64,000 nucleotides of DNA, from NCBI GenBank assembly GCA_964458575.1, contig CAYWMD010000009.1, positions 54,647-118,646 on the forward strand, given 5' to 3'. A model generated the notes under the pieces. That model worked only from the letters and a program-made list of their open reading frames with translations. It ran no database searches and was not told the DNA's origin. Position 1 is the stretch's first letter. Each line of letters opens with the position of its first letter. Positions 28,601-38,009 of this stretch are shown one piece after another. The stretch is from an uncultured Bifidobacteriaceae bacterium (GTDB lineage: Bacteria > Verrucomicrobiota > Verrucomicrobiia > Limisphaerales > JADLHS01). A program made the translations under genes and the position numbers.

Positions 28601-30875
28601 CGTGCTGGGGTTGAGCAATCCGGGCCAGGCCAGGCTCGGCGACATCACCAACCACACCTTCATCATCATCGGCAACATTCCCTTTGCCGACAGCAACACG
28701 GTCGCGCTGTGGCTATTTGACGAAACCGAGTATTACTACACGACGCTGACCGACGCTGGCGAATATCAATATGACTTGAACCTCATGGAAAACGGACATC
28801 TGGTTCCAGGCCGGTTCGGCCGGGCGCTCAGTGTGGCGGCGGGCACGAATTACAACGTGATGTATTCGGGCTTCTCGGGATCGGCGGCGCACGATTGGGG
28901 AACCCGCACATCCAATCCCTTGCTCTGGGGTCCGACGGTGGCGCCGGAACAGATTTTGAATGCGTTCACTCAAAGTTGGACGTTCGAATTCTGGCTGAAA
29001 CTGCCGGACGCGCCGGTCAGCGAGGCAGCGATTCTCGATCTGGGCCATGCCTACCGGCCGGGCGTGACCATCAGCCTGACGGCAGGCGCAGGCAGCTTCA
29101 ACATCAGCAACGCCTACGCCGGCTTTGGCGCGGTATGCGCGACTGCGGCGGGGCAACTGACCGACGGCGTGTGGCATCACATCGCGTTCACGCGGTCGGC
29201 GGTGACTGGGGAAGTGAAACACTATCTGGACGGACAATTCCAGTCCACCGGGACAGTAAGTCCGATTCCAAGCGCGGCGTTGCCGGCGGTGATCTGGCCC
29301 GGCAACCTATCGTCCGACACCTTGGGAATGCAACAATCTTGGCCGGACGAACGGCGGCGGACGAACCGGTTTAACGTGGCGTTGGGACAAGGCCGTCAAA
29401 GGAACATGAATTTGACCGGCTTGATTGACGAGGTGCGCCTCTCGAAAGTGGTCCGCTACGCGACCAACTTCGTTCCGGGAACCTGCTCGCGCAATTACGC
29501 CAGCGGTGCGCCGGGTCCGGCGCTGCCCGACGGGTTGACGCCGTTGTTTGCGGGGAATCTCGCGGCCCTCCCGTTGGGCGGGTGCAAGCACGTGTTCCTC
29601 GACACGCAGTTATTCGAGGGTACGACCAACCTGACACGCGTGATGAACCCGCCTACCGACCGAACACCCCTCAACATTTCGCCCAGCACCCAGGCGTCGG
29701 TGTTCGAGAAGGATGGCCGGATTTACATGTTGATGACCGCTGGCTACAGCTCGTCGGACGGGCGGGTGGATTTGTGGTACTCGGACGACGGGTTGAACTT
29801 CACGACGACGAACTGGGGGATTTACGGCGACAGCCGCGTCCTCTACAAACAGCCGATGTACGGCATTGCGTTCGCCGATTTGAACAGCAACGTGGCGTCG
29901 AACGAACAGTTCAAGCTTACGGCGTTCGTTTCCAATCGCGGCATCTACCAGTATTTGTCGGGAGACGGGATCCACTGGCGTCGCAACGAGGTGAATATGT
30001 TGCCGTTGATCAGCGGTGGCATGGCGGAGAGCTATTGGGATGACCAACGCGGGTGTTATGCGGGGTTCATCAAACGGGACAACAGTTACAACTCCCTCGA
30101 TTGCCCCCAGGTCAGCGGCAAGATGGGGATCGGTTTCCAGAGCGCCGAGGTGCAGAAGGCCTGGCCATTCACCGTACTAGCCCATCCACACTTCGAAGAC
30201 TGGCCGATGCCTTGCGTCAGTTGCGAGGGGCCGGTGGTGTTCCCGGTGACGGTGGGAGACGTGAATCGAGTCCGGGCGCAGAAATATCCCTGGGCGCCGG
30301 ATACTTACGTGGCGTTTGTCTGGCGAAACGAAGCGCGGCGAGTGGACCTCGGCGTGAGCCGGGACGGAAACACTTGGACGACGTTCGCAACCAACAGCGT
30401 CGTCGGGCCGTGGTATGTGGCGCCGTTCGGAAGTTACGTGGAAGTCACCTCCCTTTACGGAATGATCCGGCGCGGCAACGAAATCTGGCAGTATGTGAAT
30501 TACGGCACGCAGGTGGATGGAACGGGAACGTTTTACTGCCGGGTCAAACAACGGCTGGACGGCTTTGCGTCCGTGGATGCGGGCACAACGACGGGCGTTG
30601 CGGTGACCCGGCCGCTGGTGTTTTCCGGCAACAAGCTGGTGTTGAACCTGGACGCGAGCGGCGGCACGGCGCGGGTGGGAATTCTCGACTCGGCGGGAAA
30701 TCCGATTGCGGGATTCGCGGTGAATGACTGCGATCTCATCCACACAAACTCCACCGCGCACGTGGTCACTTGGCAGGGCAATCCGGCGGTGGGCGGTCTG
30801 GCCGGGACCGTCGTAAAGCTGCGGTTTGAAATGGCAAACACGAAACTCTTCGCGTTACAATTTATCGAACCGTGA
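25635..30875 (+). CDS. Giant secreted multidomain protein (1746 aa): unassigned jelly-roll-like domains, an FYRL-type beta-sandwich, 4 Calx-beta repeats, LamG, and a hydrolase-like propeller/sandwich module
   Basis: The ATG at 25635 gives a signal peptide ending in TASVTQA. Four Calx-beta-type repeats cover ~26631-28673, each with (V/T)V(N/D)(F/Y)A...GG(S/T)A(T/I)GGG(V/T)DY...EPDE or equivalent. The C-terminal 730 aa (28686-30875) is collinear with the stand-alone LamG-hydrolase-like genes (NTVALWLFDETE, WTFEFWL, WHHIAFT, YPWAPDTYVAF, GMIRRGNEIWQYV, RLDGFASVDA...KLFALQF). Confidence 0.85.
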   Translation: MPVPIKSPQFKIRVAARFTSWLFCGVLVCTASVTQALTLTNDLWLHGKLWMRLANGSCDLNLGYFNATNPGPERIVIRIQPASAWRFRLAVAGSSGTRITVPADWDQKPVEFTLHWIPTNGAAGVLTGMVFCATCANQTFALPEVSFNGAVALNSLGVWVDSASSTDTNQQQFVFVDSVEYTIPDGASATKRVTNFFIGGLESWASEHLNRTNGFDFGWTNTATAGGAAGEMGGRFVRTSNSDNLALPRVLDEQSFRPSAPLKLEIVRAGEDLLITWPALHANYQLQHRPDLAAPPAWANVTNAVEVISDRCVVVVQPYGQGGFYRLAAQPKVSFALAAQSVWESAATVAIPVVLSEPALQPVAVNFAAIGGSATGGGVDYTLPAGPLTFAPGVTNQTIQFDIVNDNLIENDEPVVLTLFDPVNAALGDIATHTLVILDDDTPTGGPTFQKYETFDNAAGAAAHGWTEYKCRTNGNNFGFSNSSNAGAVAGEGGGTIARAAEGGYYADTNLYGLLSLDRPISASGRLKFTNTVTASSGFRLGHVGARTFDGSQKNVLGFLFQESRVIPASQIRASVRVYLNDGTERSTGNTELSYTGGNITYFNYAYDPDGSNGLGAISAVLRNSSSNVVYSAALGLQAGDKGKLALDAFGIANGNNSPRPDTMDGYMDNVSYTAVAFDAPVIRFAASAASGLETLSPAVVEVVLLAAQTNVVTVNYAVTGGTATGGGTDYTLAGGVLAFNPGETLKTINIPIAADGVDEPDETIVVSLSNPVNGVLGSPTTHTYTIVDPKPFVAFAGTSSSATEDVGLAQVPVILSWSSATNVTVDYAVVAGGTATGGGVDYTLANGTLNFAPGETSKSLQISVAYDGLPEPDETVLLRLSNPARAKLGAITNHTFTIIDTAPAVSFATASRNGQKSVSPVAIPVRLLGAATNVVTVDYAVLAGSTAIGGGVDYSLTNGTLIFAAGESNKDINLTIVNNPTNDTPKTVVLGLSNPGQARLGDITNHTFIIIGNIPFADSNTVALWLFDETEYYYTTLTDAGEYQYDLNLMENGHLVPGRFGRALSVAAGTNYNVMYSGFSGSAAHDWGTRTSNPLLWGPTVAPEQILNAFTQSWTFEFWLKLPDAPVSEAAILDLGHAYRPGVTISLTAGAGSFNISNAYAGFGAVCATAAGQLTDGVWHHIAFTRSAVTGEVKHYLDGQFQSTGTVSPIPSAALPAVIWPGNLSSDTLGMQQSWPDERRRTNRFNVALGQGRQRNMNLTGLIDEVRLSKVVRYATNFVPGTCSRNYASGAPGPALPDGLTPLFAGNLAALPLGGCKHVFLDTQLFEGTTNLTRVMNPPTDRTPLNISPSTQASVFEKDGRIYMLMTAGYSSSDGRVDLWYSDDGLNFTTTNWGIYGDSRVLYKQPMYGIAFADLNSNVASNEQFKLTAFVSNRGIYQYLSGDGIHWRRNEVNMLPLISGGMAESYWDDQRGCYAGFIKRDNSYNSLDCPQVSGKMGIGFQSAEVQKAWPFTVLAHPHFEDWPMPCVSCEGPVVFPVTVGDVNRVRAQKYPWAPDTYVAFVWRNEARRVDLGVSRDGNTWTTFATNSVVGPWYVAPFGSYVEVTSLYGMIRRGNEIWQYVNYGTQVDGTGTFYCRVKQRLDGFASVDAGTTTGVAVTRPLVFSGNKLVLNLDASGGTARVGILDSAGNPIAGFAVNDCDLIHTNSTAHVVTWQGNPAVGGLAGTVVKLRFEMANTKLFALQFIEP

Positions 30876-32032
30876 AAATCACTGCCATTAACGAAGCCGC
30901 GGTCCCCATCCGTTCCGAGATTCGCAACGCCTACGTCAGCTTTAGCGAGATGACGGCTTCCGTGGTGGCGATCCACACGGATATCACCCGCAACGGCAAG
31001 CCGATCGTGGGTTACGGGTTCAATTCCAACGGCCGCTACGCGCAAAGCGGCATCCTCCGCGACCGCATCATTCCGCGGTTGATGAAGGCAAAACCGGAAG
31101 CCCTGGTGGATGAAACCGGCAAAAACTTTGATCCGGCCCGAGCGTGGCAGATCATGATGACGAACGAAAAACCCGGTGGACATGGCGAACGCTCAGTGGC
31201 GGTTGGGACGGTTGACATGGCGCTTTGGGATTTGGTCGCGAAGATCGAGAACAAACCGCTCTGCCATCTGCTGGCTGAACGTTTCCGCCACGACAAGGCT
31301 GATCCGGATGTTTATGTGTACGCGGCGGGTGGATATTACTATCCGGGCAAGGACATCGAGGGTCTGCTTAATGAGATTCGCGGCTACCTCGAGCTCGGTT
31401 ACACGACGGTGAAAATAAAAATCGGCGGAGCTTCCCTGGCGGACGATCTGAAGCGCATTGAAGCTGTGCTGAAGCTCATCGGGCCGGACCGGCAGCTCGC
31501 CGTGGATGCCAATGGTCGCTTCGACCGCGCGATGGCGCTGCAATATACGGAGGCGCTGAATGCTTATCCGCTGAAGTGGTACGAGGAGCCGTGTGACCCG
31601 CTGGACTACGAAATTCTGGGCGAAGTTGCCGCTGCGTCCCGGAATCCAGTGGCCACCGGTGAGAATCTGTTTTCATTGCCCGATTCGCTCAACCTGATTC
31701 GCTACGGCGGCATGAAGCGCGACCGGGATTTTCTGCAAATGGACCCGGCGTTGAGCTACGGCTTTGTCGAGTATCTGCGAATTCTGGAGATGCTGCGGCA
31801 ACATGATTGGTCGGCCCGACGCTGCATCCCGCACGGCGGACACCAGATGGCGTTGCATCTTGCCGCCGGCTTGGGTTTGAACGGCAATGAATCTTATCCC
31901 GGGGTGTTCCAGCCGTTCGGTGGATTCGCGGACGGCGTACCAGTGGTCAACGGCCGCGTTCGTCTGCCCGACGCGCCGGGCATTGGCATCGAATGCAAGC
32001 AGACGTTGTACGATGTCTTCAGAAATTTGTGA
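30872..32032 (+). CDS. Enolase-superfamily enzyme, mandelate racemase subgroup (probable acid-sugar dehydratase)
   Basis: 386 aa. The GTG start overlaps the stop of the giant gene (GTGA). Blocks are KxK (TVKIKIGG), VDANGRF, WYEEP, ATGENLFS and PHGGH. Confidence 0.88.
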   Translation: MKITAINEAAVPIRSEIRNAYVSFSEMTASVVAIHTDITRNGKPIVGYGFNSNGRYAQSGILRDRIIPRLMKAKPEALVDETGKNFDPARAWQIMMTNEKPGGHGERSVAVGTVDMALWDLVAKIENKPLCHLLAERFRHDKADPDVYVYAAGGYYYPGKDIEGLLNEIRGYLELGYTTVKIKIGGASLADDLKRIEAVLKLIGPDRQLAVDANGRFDRAMALQYTEALNAYPLKWYEEPCDPLDYEILGEVAAASRNPVATGENLFSLPDSLNLIRYGGMKRDRDFLQMDPALSYGFVEYLRILEMLRQHDWSARRCIPHGGHQMALHLAAGLGLNGNESYPGVFQPFGGFADGVPVVNGRVRLPDAPGIGIECKQTLYDVFRNL

Positions 32033-32876
32033 CGCGGCGTTGCGCGGCTAATTTTCTCCCCTTCGCCAGCTTGAGGAAGTCCTCGGTCGTGATGACGTAG
32101 TCGAAACCTGATTCGTAGATTTGCTTTACTCGCGTGGACTGGCGGGCGTCGAACGTCGCGTCCTCGATGCAAAGGGTGCGAAAGCCAAGGCGCTTCGCCG
32201 ACAATGCCGTTTTGCCCAGGCACGCGCCGGTGTGGCCGCCGACAAAGACGAGATTCGTCGTGCCCAGATTCGTGAGGACAAACTTGAGGTTCGATGAGGT
32301 AAAGGCGTCCTGGCCTGATTTCGGCATCACATAGTCGCCTTCGCGCACGCCCATGAATTCCGCCGGGCGCGAAGTGGGATCGCCGAGACGATGGCCCCAA
32401 GTTTCATAGTCTTGGCCGTGTTCGGCGAGGAAGGATTTGCGGATTTCCGGGTCCAAATCCATGCCGTCTTTGAAGAGGCAACCCCAATGGATGAAGATCA
32501 TGGGCAGGCCCAGCGACCGGCAGGTATCGGCCACCTGACGGGCGTTTGGATACGCCACGTCGAATGCAAAGTCGGTGGCGGCGTTCACGTCGGCGGCGCT
32601 GAAACCATTCCGTTGCCATGACTTGGGAAGTTGCTCTGCGGTGAGATGGGTGCGAGCCCCCGGTTGGATGTCCACGCACACGAAAGCGCAATGTTGAAAA
32701 AACGAAGCGTCTGGCATGAACGGGCTTGCGTTCGCGCGTGGCGTTGCCGGTCCCGACGACTCAATGTCCGGCGACCGACACCCAATAGTCGCCAGCATCA
32801 CCAGAGCCGGAGTGATTCGCAACGCGGTCCGCACGCACGTTGCAAGCGTCCCGCTCGTTTGGCCGCCAGGCTTCAT
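32019..32876 (-). CDS. Isochorismatase-family cysteine hydrolase, probable lipoprotein
   Basis: 285 aa with a lipobox-like LVMLATIGC. Blocks are CAFVCVDIQ, KSGQDAFTSSNL, LVFVGGHTGACL (catalytic Cys context) and CIEDAT. It is convergent with the enolase gene and overlaps it by 14 nt. Confidence 0.78.
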   Translation of the reverse strand: MKPGGQTSGTLATCVRTALRITPALVMLATIGCRSPDIESSGPATPRANASPFMPDASFFQHCAFVCVDIQPGARTHLTAEQLPKSWQRNGFSAADVNAATDFAFDVAYPNARQVADTCRSLGLPMIFIHWGCLFKDGMDLDPEIRKSFLAEHGQDYETWGHRLGDPTSRPAEFMGVREGDYVMPKSGQDAFTSSNLKFVLTNLGTTNLVFVGGHTGACLGKTALSAKRLGFRTLCIEDATFDARQSTRVKQIYESGFDYVITTEDFLKLAKGRKLAAQRRVTNF

Positions 32877-33126
32877 GCGGGCAACTTGGGCGCGAAAAAA
32901 CGGACAGTCAATCGGTTTATTGGGGATGGATTTGTGACGCGACCTGCGCGGTTCGGATGACGCTGCGCCCCGGATCCTTCACCAGGAGTTCACATGGATG
33001 AACGAAGACGATAGAGCGGATCGTGCTTGCATGAAAATCGCACTTCTCCGGGCCGCTCGTCCCACCCAATCAAACAACGCCATTGACCGTGGTCGGCGCG
33101 AGCTTAAAGTGACTGCAAATAACCCG

Positions 33127-34185
33127 ATGAAACAGGATTTCGCAGCCGCGCGCCGGGGATCAAAAAGCGAGTCTCGGACAGTTTGGCTCCGCGCACTGGG
33201 CACAACGATTGGCATCACGATCTTCTTTGTAGTTGCGCACCATGCAATGGGAGCGGCAACGATAACATTCATCGGAGTGACTTCGGACCAGACGAGTTTT
33301 CAGGCTTTGGGCTTCGGTCAGGCGGGTTATTATTTCCCGCAGTTTGCCACTGGCGGTCCGGTTACGCTCCGACCAACTTGGGAGAACATGCGGTTTAATC
33401 CGCCGAGTTGGGCAGGCTTTCAGTTTATCAATGTTGATTCAAGTGGTGTGCCCACGTCGGATCGCACCTTTTCTCTCGATGCCGCCCAGGCGCCTTACAA
33501 CATTCTTTTTGGCGACTACACTGATCCTTGGGATACGAACGCGCCTTTTGGCAATCCGCTGGTGGCCGGCGTTTACTCCAAGGGCGGGCAGTCCAATTGG
33601 AACACATTCACGCTGCCCGACGGCACCTCCGGACTTTCCGGCGCCGTGGTGGATGAGTGGGCGACTGACAACTCCAACAATTCGGTCAATCGCATCCAGT
33701 TTGGCCCGGGCACGCCCTCCTCGTTTCTTCTGCGCCTGGTCGTGGACAACACCAATTTGCAGCACGATCCGGCGGGTGCGCTTCGCGCAAGGGCCGAAAG
33801 CGGTGGGCAGGCGGACGCGAGTCCACTCGCTTTCAATGGAATCGCTGACGTTTACACGTTTCGCTATGACGGTTGCGTCCCCGGCGATTTCATCAAGATC
33901 CGACTGAACTCAGGCGTCGCGGGCGAGGCGCCATCCATCGGCGGCATCATGTTTGATCTGGTGCTACCGATCCTCTCAATCCAGACCACGAACAGCACGC
34001 AGTTGGTTGTGAGTTGGCCGGCTTCCACGCCGTCCACCTTCGTGCTCGAAACCACCACCAATCTGACGTCGGCGACGCTTTGGACTCAGGTGACGAATGC
34101 CGTCGCGGTTTCCAGCACGAACAAGTTCGTGATTCTCGATGTGAACGTGGCCGAGTCAGAGCGGTATTATCGGTTGAAGCAGTAA
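33127..34185 (+). CDS. Hypothetical membrane-anchored/secreted protein with a C-terminal FYRL-type beta-sandwich
   Basis: The ATG at 33127 gives MKQDF... followed by a TM/signal segment, LGTTIGITIFFVVAHHAMGA. The C-terminal ~75 aa (LSIQTTNSTQLVVSWPAS...ERYYRLKQ) resembles residues ~268-335 of the giant protein (LKLEIVRAGEDLLITWPA...GGFYRLAAQ). The central part has no recognisable family. Confidence 0.55.
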   Translation: MKQDFAAARRGSKSESRTVWLRALGTTIGITIFFVVAHHAMGAATITFIGVTSDQTSFQALGFGQAGYYFPQFATGGPVTLRPTWENMRFNPPSWAGFQFINVDSSGVPTSDRTFSLDAAQAPYNILFGDYTDPWDTNAPFGNPLVAGVYSKGGQSNWNTFTLPDGTSGLSGAVVDEWATDNSNNSVNRIQFGPGTPSSFLLRLVVDNTNLQHDPAGALRARAESGGQADASPLAFNGIADVYTFRYDGCVPGDFIKIRLNSGVAGEAPSIGGIMFDLVLPILSIQTTNSTQLVVSWPASTPSTFVLETTTNLTSATLWTQVTNAVAVSSTNKFVILDVNVAESERYYRLKQ

Positions 34186-34354
34186 GTGCTGCGTGAAGAA
34201 TTACAGGTCGTGGCATTGATCTGGTAGCAGCGGACGTGAGTTCGCTCCACCTGGATTGGGAAAAAGTCAGAACTGATTCACGTCGGCGGCTACGGGTCAA
34301 GAGTTCAAAGCGCGAACCATGGCTCGGGAAATTCTCACCGATAGCGACAGCGTC

Positions 34355-35515
34355 TTATTTCATGATACCCGCGTCGGTACGATACGACCTCGGCTTGGGC
34401 TCCAGCATTTCGATCAAGCGCGGCAGGATGGCCTGCGCGCAAAAGAAGTTCCCGCACGGCTTGTAATGCCCGATCCAATACTTCGCGAGGTAATCCTCGA
34501 GGTCACCCTTGAACAACGCGAAATCCTCCGTGTGTTGCTGCATCAAATCCACCACCGACAGCCCGCGGCGCTTCATGAAATCCACAAACGGTTGATCGGC
34601 CCGCACGCCTTCCCGCACGAAACGCGCGAACGATTTCGCGGGATAAGACAGAACGAACAACACCGTCTTGTTCTGCGCGCGAGCGAACGCTTCGATCTTC
34701 TCCACAATTCGTTCGGAAGCGAAGTAAGCCGATTGGTGGTGCAGGGTATCCGCCGTTTGCGAAAGCCCTTCTGCCGTGTCAATCCGAGTCACGATGCCGT
34801 GGGTCGTGGCCAGCTTTAACGTGTCGGCATAGCTTAACTCCGGATTCTTCGCTTTCGCGTTCAGGTGCGCGAGCATGATTTGCAACGCGAAATCATCCTT
34901 GAATTTCTCCACCACCCAATCGAGGTCGCACAGATTATAAACACTCTCCGGGATTGGGCAGGCGTTGGGCCGTTCCTCGAACCGCCCTTCCTTCACATTG
35001 ACGGCGACGTAGGGCAGCGTCGGTTCGATGAACCGCTCGTGTTTCGTGACACGGATGTTGCGCCAGGAATCGAGATTGCGGAAATGGTCGTCGTCGTAAA
35101 TATTGAAGATGATGAACTCCGCCGGCGCGCGTCGCTCCTCCTTGAGCATGCGCAGATACGCCTGATAAACCGACCAGCCGCCGACGCCGAAGTTGCGCAC
35201 GGGCTCTTGCAAATGCGCGGCGAGCACTTCCTGCCATGTCTCGCCGTCGCTGACCTGATGGCATTGGGTGTAGCTGTTGCCATAGGTGTTGATACGGCAT
35301 GGCTGGTCTTGGTAGTGGATGGTGATGCGCTCGTCGAGCGGGCCGAAGGTGTAAACGTTGACCGAATCGTCAACGCCGTCGCGGAAGCGCACCGACCGCA
35401 GCAGCCATCCGAACTCGCTGCTGTATTTCGCGAACGGAAAAGCTTTCTCCGCGAGCCATTGTTTCACCTCGTCCTTCGTGTAGCGCAAGCGCTCAAGATA
35501 TTCACGCGCCGTCAT
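34355..35515 (-). CDS. Hypothetical protein, possibly an SGNH/GDSL-like hydrolase
   Basis: The ATG at 35515 gives MTAREYLERL.... Weak SGNH-like blocks are TYGNSYTQC and NFGVGGWS. The coding-like composition runs the whole length. The function call is tentative. Confidence 0.45.
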   Translation of the reverse strand: MTAREYLERLRYTKDEVKQWLAEKAFPFAKYSSEFGWLLRSVRFRDGVDDSVNVYTFGPLDERITIHYQDQPCRINTYGNSYTQCHQVSDGETWQEVLAAHLQEPVRNFGVGGWSVYQAYLRMLKEERRAPAEFIIFNIYDDDHFRNLDSWRNIRVTKHERFIEPTLPYVAVNVKEGRFEERPNACPIPESVYNLCDLDWVVEKFKDDFALQIMLAHLNAKAKNPELSYADTLKLATTHGIVTRIDTAEGLSQTADTLHHQSAYFASERIVEKIEAFARAQNKTVLFVLSYPAKSFARFVREGVRADQPFVDFMKRRGLSVVDLMQQHTEDFALFKGDLEDYLAKYWIGHYKPCGNFFCAQAILPRLIEMLEPKPRSYRTDAGIMK

Positions 35516-35986
35516 GATCGAGCCACCCTCCGCTTTTTTGACGGGATCGCCACTTTGGGCCCGGACCTCTCGCCGACCCACCATGGTTTCCAGTGCCGTG
35601 ACACCGAGCGCGGTATTCGCCAGGAATTTTCTGCGCGGGATTTTGCATTCACATCAACAACTGCGAAAAGGCCGAAGTTCGTCGTGCCGCCACACGACGA
35701 CTTGCTTTACCAACCCGGTTCATGCGTGACAGGAAATGTCAAACCGGCTGCAGGTTCAACACATTTTCCAGCAATTCAGGTGTGGCAAAGTTCAATGCCT
35801 GCTGTTCATGGCGGCCATGTCAAAACGGCATTTGTCGGCAAAAGGGTCGGGCAATAGCCTTGCGCCCGTGCGATGGCAGGTTTCAGTGCGCGGATGTGGA
35901 TGGACCCGGGTTGCCAGCGCCACCGCCGTGGTTTTAGTGCTGCTTTCGATGCGCGCCGGCCCCAAACTCTGACGCACACGCAACAG

Positions 35987-36913
35987 ATGAATAAAACAGA
36001 TATTGGCTTCATCGGTCTTGGCAACATGGGCAGCCTCATGGCAGCCAATCTCGTCGCGGCGGGATTCCGACTCATTGTCCACGATGCGCGCCGCGAATCG
36101 GCCGACTCATTGCTCGCGAAAGGCGCGCAGTGGGTCGAATCACCGGCAGAAGTGGCTCGAGCGGCGGCCATTATCTGCACCTCACTGCCCGGCCCGGTTG
36201 AAATGGAAACGGTTTTCTACGAGACCGGCGGCCTGCGGACGGTTATGGGAAACGAATCGCTGCTGATTGATTTCACCACCAACGCGCCACAACTCGTCCG
36301 CCAAATGCACGGCGAATTGAAGGCCGGCGGTGCGGCACTGCTTGACGCGCCCGTGAGCGGCGGTGTTTCGGGAGCGGCCAGTCGCCGGCTCACCGTGCAG
36401 GTTGGCGGTGACGCTGCGGATTTCGAGCGCGCACGGCCCGTGTTGGATGCGGTTGCGGATACGGTGTTGCATGTCGGCGGCGTTGGCTGCGGGAACATTT
36501 GCAAGTTGCTGCACAACTGCGCCGTCTTTGCCGCCGACCTTGCGCTGGTGGAATGTCTGACCGCCGGCATCAAGGCGGGCGTTGAGCCGACTACGATGAT
36601 CAAGCTGTTCCAACAGTCCGGCATCGGCCGCAATCATGACTTGCAGGTCAGCCTGCCGGTGACTCTTTTTCGCGGCGACTTCGCCGCCAGATTCGCCATG
36701 CGCACGGCCATGAAGGATATGAAACTCGCCACGGAACTGGCCCGCGCCGTCAATGTGCCGATGAAACTCGCGGCGTTGTGTGAGTCCGAAATGGCCGAGG
36801 CCATCGCGCGTGGTTGGGGTGAAAAAGATCACGCGATGTTCCTGACGCTTCAGGAAGAGCGTGCCGGTGTGCAGGTTCGCCTCGCCGGCCACGACAACTT
36901 CAAACCCTCATGA
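35987..36913 (+). CDS. NAD(P)-dependent beta-hydroxyacid dehydrogenase (3-hydroxyisobutyrate dehydrogenase family)
   Basis: The ATG at 35987 gives MNKTDIGFIGLGNMGSLMAANL (GxGxxG). Other blocks are DAPVSGG and the conserved-Lys context GNICKLLHN, which are typical of the HIBADH/6PGDH-NAD-binding family. Confidence 0.88.
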   Translation: MNKTDIGFIGLGNMGSLMAANLVAAGFRLIVHDARRESADSLLAKGAQWVESPAEVARAAAIICTSLPGPVEMETVFYETGGLRTVMGNESLLIDFTTNAPQLVRQMHGELKAGGAALLDAPVSGGVSGAASRRLTVQVGGDAADFERARPVLDAVADTVLHVGGVGCGNICKLLHNCAVFAADLALVECLTAGIKAGVEPTTMIKLFQQSGIGRNHDLQVSLPVTLFRGDFAARFAMRTAMKDMKLATELARAVNVPMKLAALCESEMAEAIARGWGEKDHAMFLTLQEERAGVQVRLAGHDNFKPS

Positions 36914-37758
36914 AACACGGCATCACCGGCATAGACCATCCCGTGATCGTGGTGCGGGACCTGGAATCAGCGCGTGGCGCTTACGAGCGTTTGGGCTTTA
37001 TCGTTCCGCCGCGGGGAAGCCATCCCGAATGGGGCACGGGCAACTGGTGCATTCAGTTCGCGCACGGCTACCTCGAACTTCGTGGGATCGTGGTCCCGGG
37101 AAAGGAGACGCACGGCCTGGGCCGGTTTCTCGAAAAGCGCGAGGGACTTATGGGCGTGGCTTTCGCGACCGTTGGCGCAAAAGTATCGCACAACGCACTG
37201 GCCGCGGCTGGGTTACATCCCCGACCCGTTAAACCGCTCACACGAGACTTTGAACTGCCCGAAGGCTCAATTCCGGTCAGCTTCGAGTTGTGTTTCCTTG
37301 ATCCGGCAGAAACGCCCGGTTTGATGTCGGTGGTAATTTGCGAACATCTCACACCGGAACGGCTGCGCCGACCCGAGTGGCTGCCACATCCCAACGGAGC
37401 TCGCGGCATTCGGGGAATTATTGGTGTCGCCCGCCGACTCGCCGAAATCCCCGCTGGCTGGCGAAAGCTCTTTGAACGGGTGACCGAATCTGACGGTGAA
37501 GTTCGCGCTGATTTTGACGATGGCGGTTTCATCGCTGTCATTGAAGAACGGATTTTTGTCAGTCGCTTCCCCTCGGTGCCACCGCCTGCCTTATCCGAAT
37601 GGCCCTGCCTTGCCGTCGTTTCGCTCGCGACCCAGGATGTTCGCTCAACTGCCGACTACTTTGCCTCCCGCGAAGTGAAACACATCGCCGACGAATGGGT
37701 TATTGTGCCACCGGACGAAGCCTGCGGCGTCGCCTTGGAATTCGTGAACGCCCGCTGA
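36910..37758 (+). CDS. VOC-family / glyoxalase-like domain protein
   Basis: 282 aa with an ATGA overlap onto the upstream dehydrogenase. The N-terminus GIDHPVIVVRDLESARGAYERLGF...GNWCIQFAHGYLELRG is typical of glyoxalase-like (VOC) domains. Confidence 0.72.
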   Translation: MKHGITGIDHPVIVVRDLESARGAYERLGFIVPPRGSHPEWGTGNWCIQFAHGYLELRGIVVPGKETHGLGRFLEKREGLMGVAFATVGAKVSHNALAAAGLHPRPVKPLTRDFELPEGSIPVSFELCFLDPAETPGLMSVVICEHLTPERLRRPEWLPHPNGARGIRGIIGVARRLAEIPAGWRKLFERVTESDGEVRADFDDGGFIAVIEERIFVSRFPSVPPPALSEWPCLAVVSLATQDVRSTADYFASREVKHIADEWVIVPPDEACGVALEFVNAR

Positions 37759-38009
37759 CAGTTTCCGATTGGCTTCCATTACTTCCGGCGATTCCGTTTT
37801 TGTTATTGGGCGAGTTCATGTCTTTAGGACATTGCTTCGATGCTAGTGCGACATTATCCAAACATAACGCATTGCCTTTAAATATATTACAACGATGGAT
37901 TAAGCGTCTCCGGCGAGCATTACTTTTGGTCAGGATTCTCTTTAACCTTGACCGCCTAAAACGGCTTGGCAAAGTGCAAGAGAACAGCAACTTACAACCC
38001 ACTCAACGT

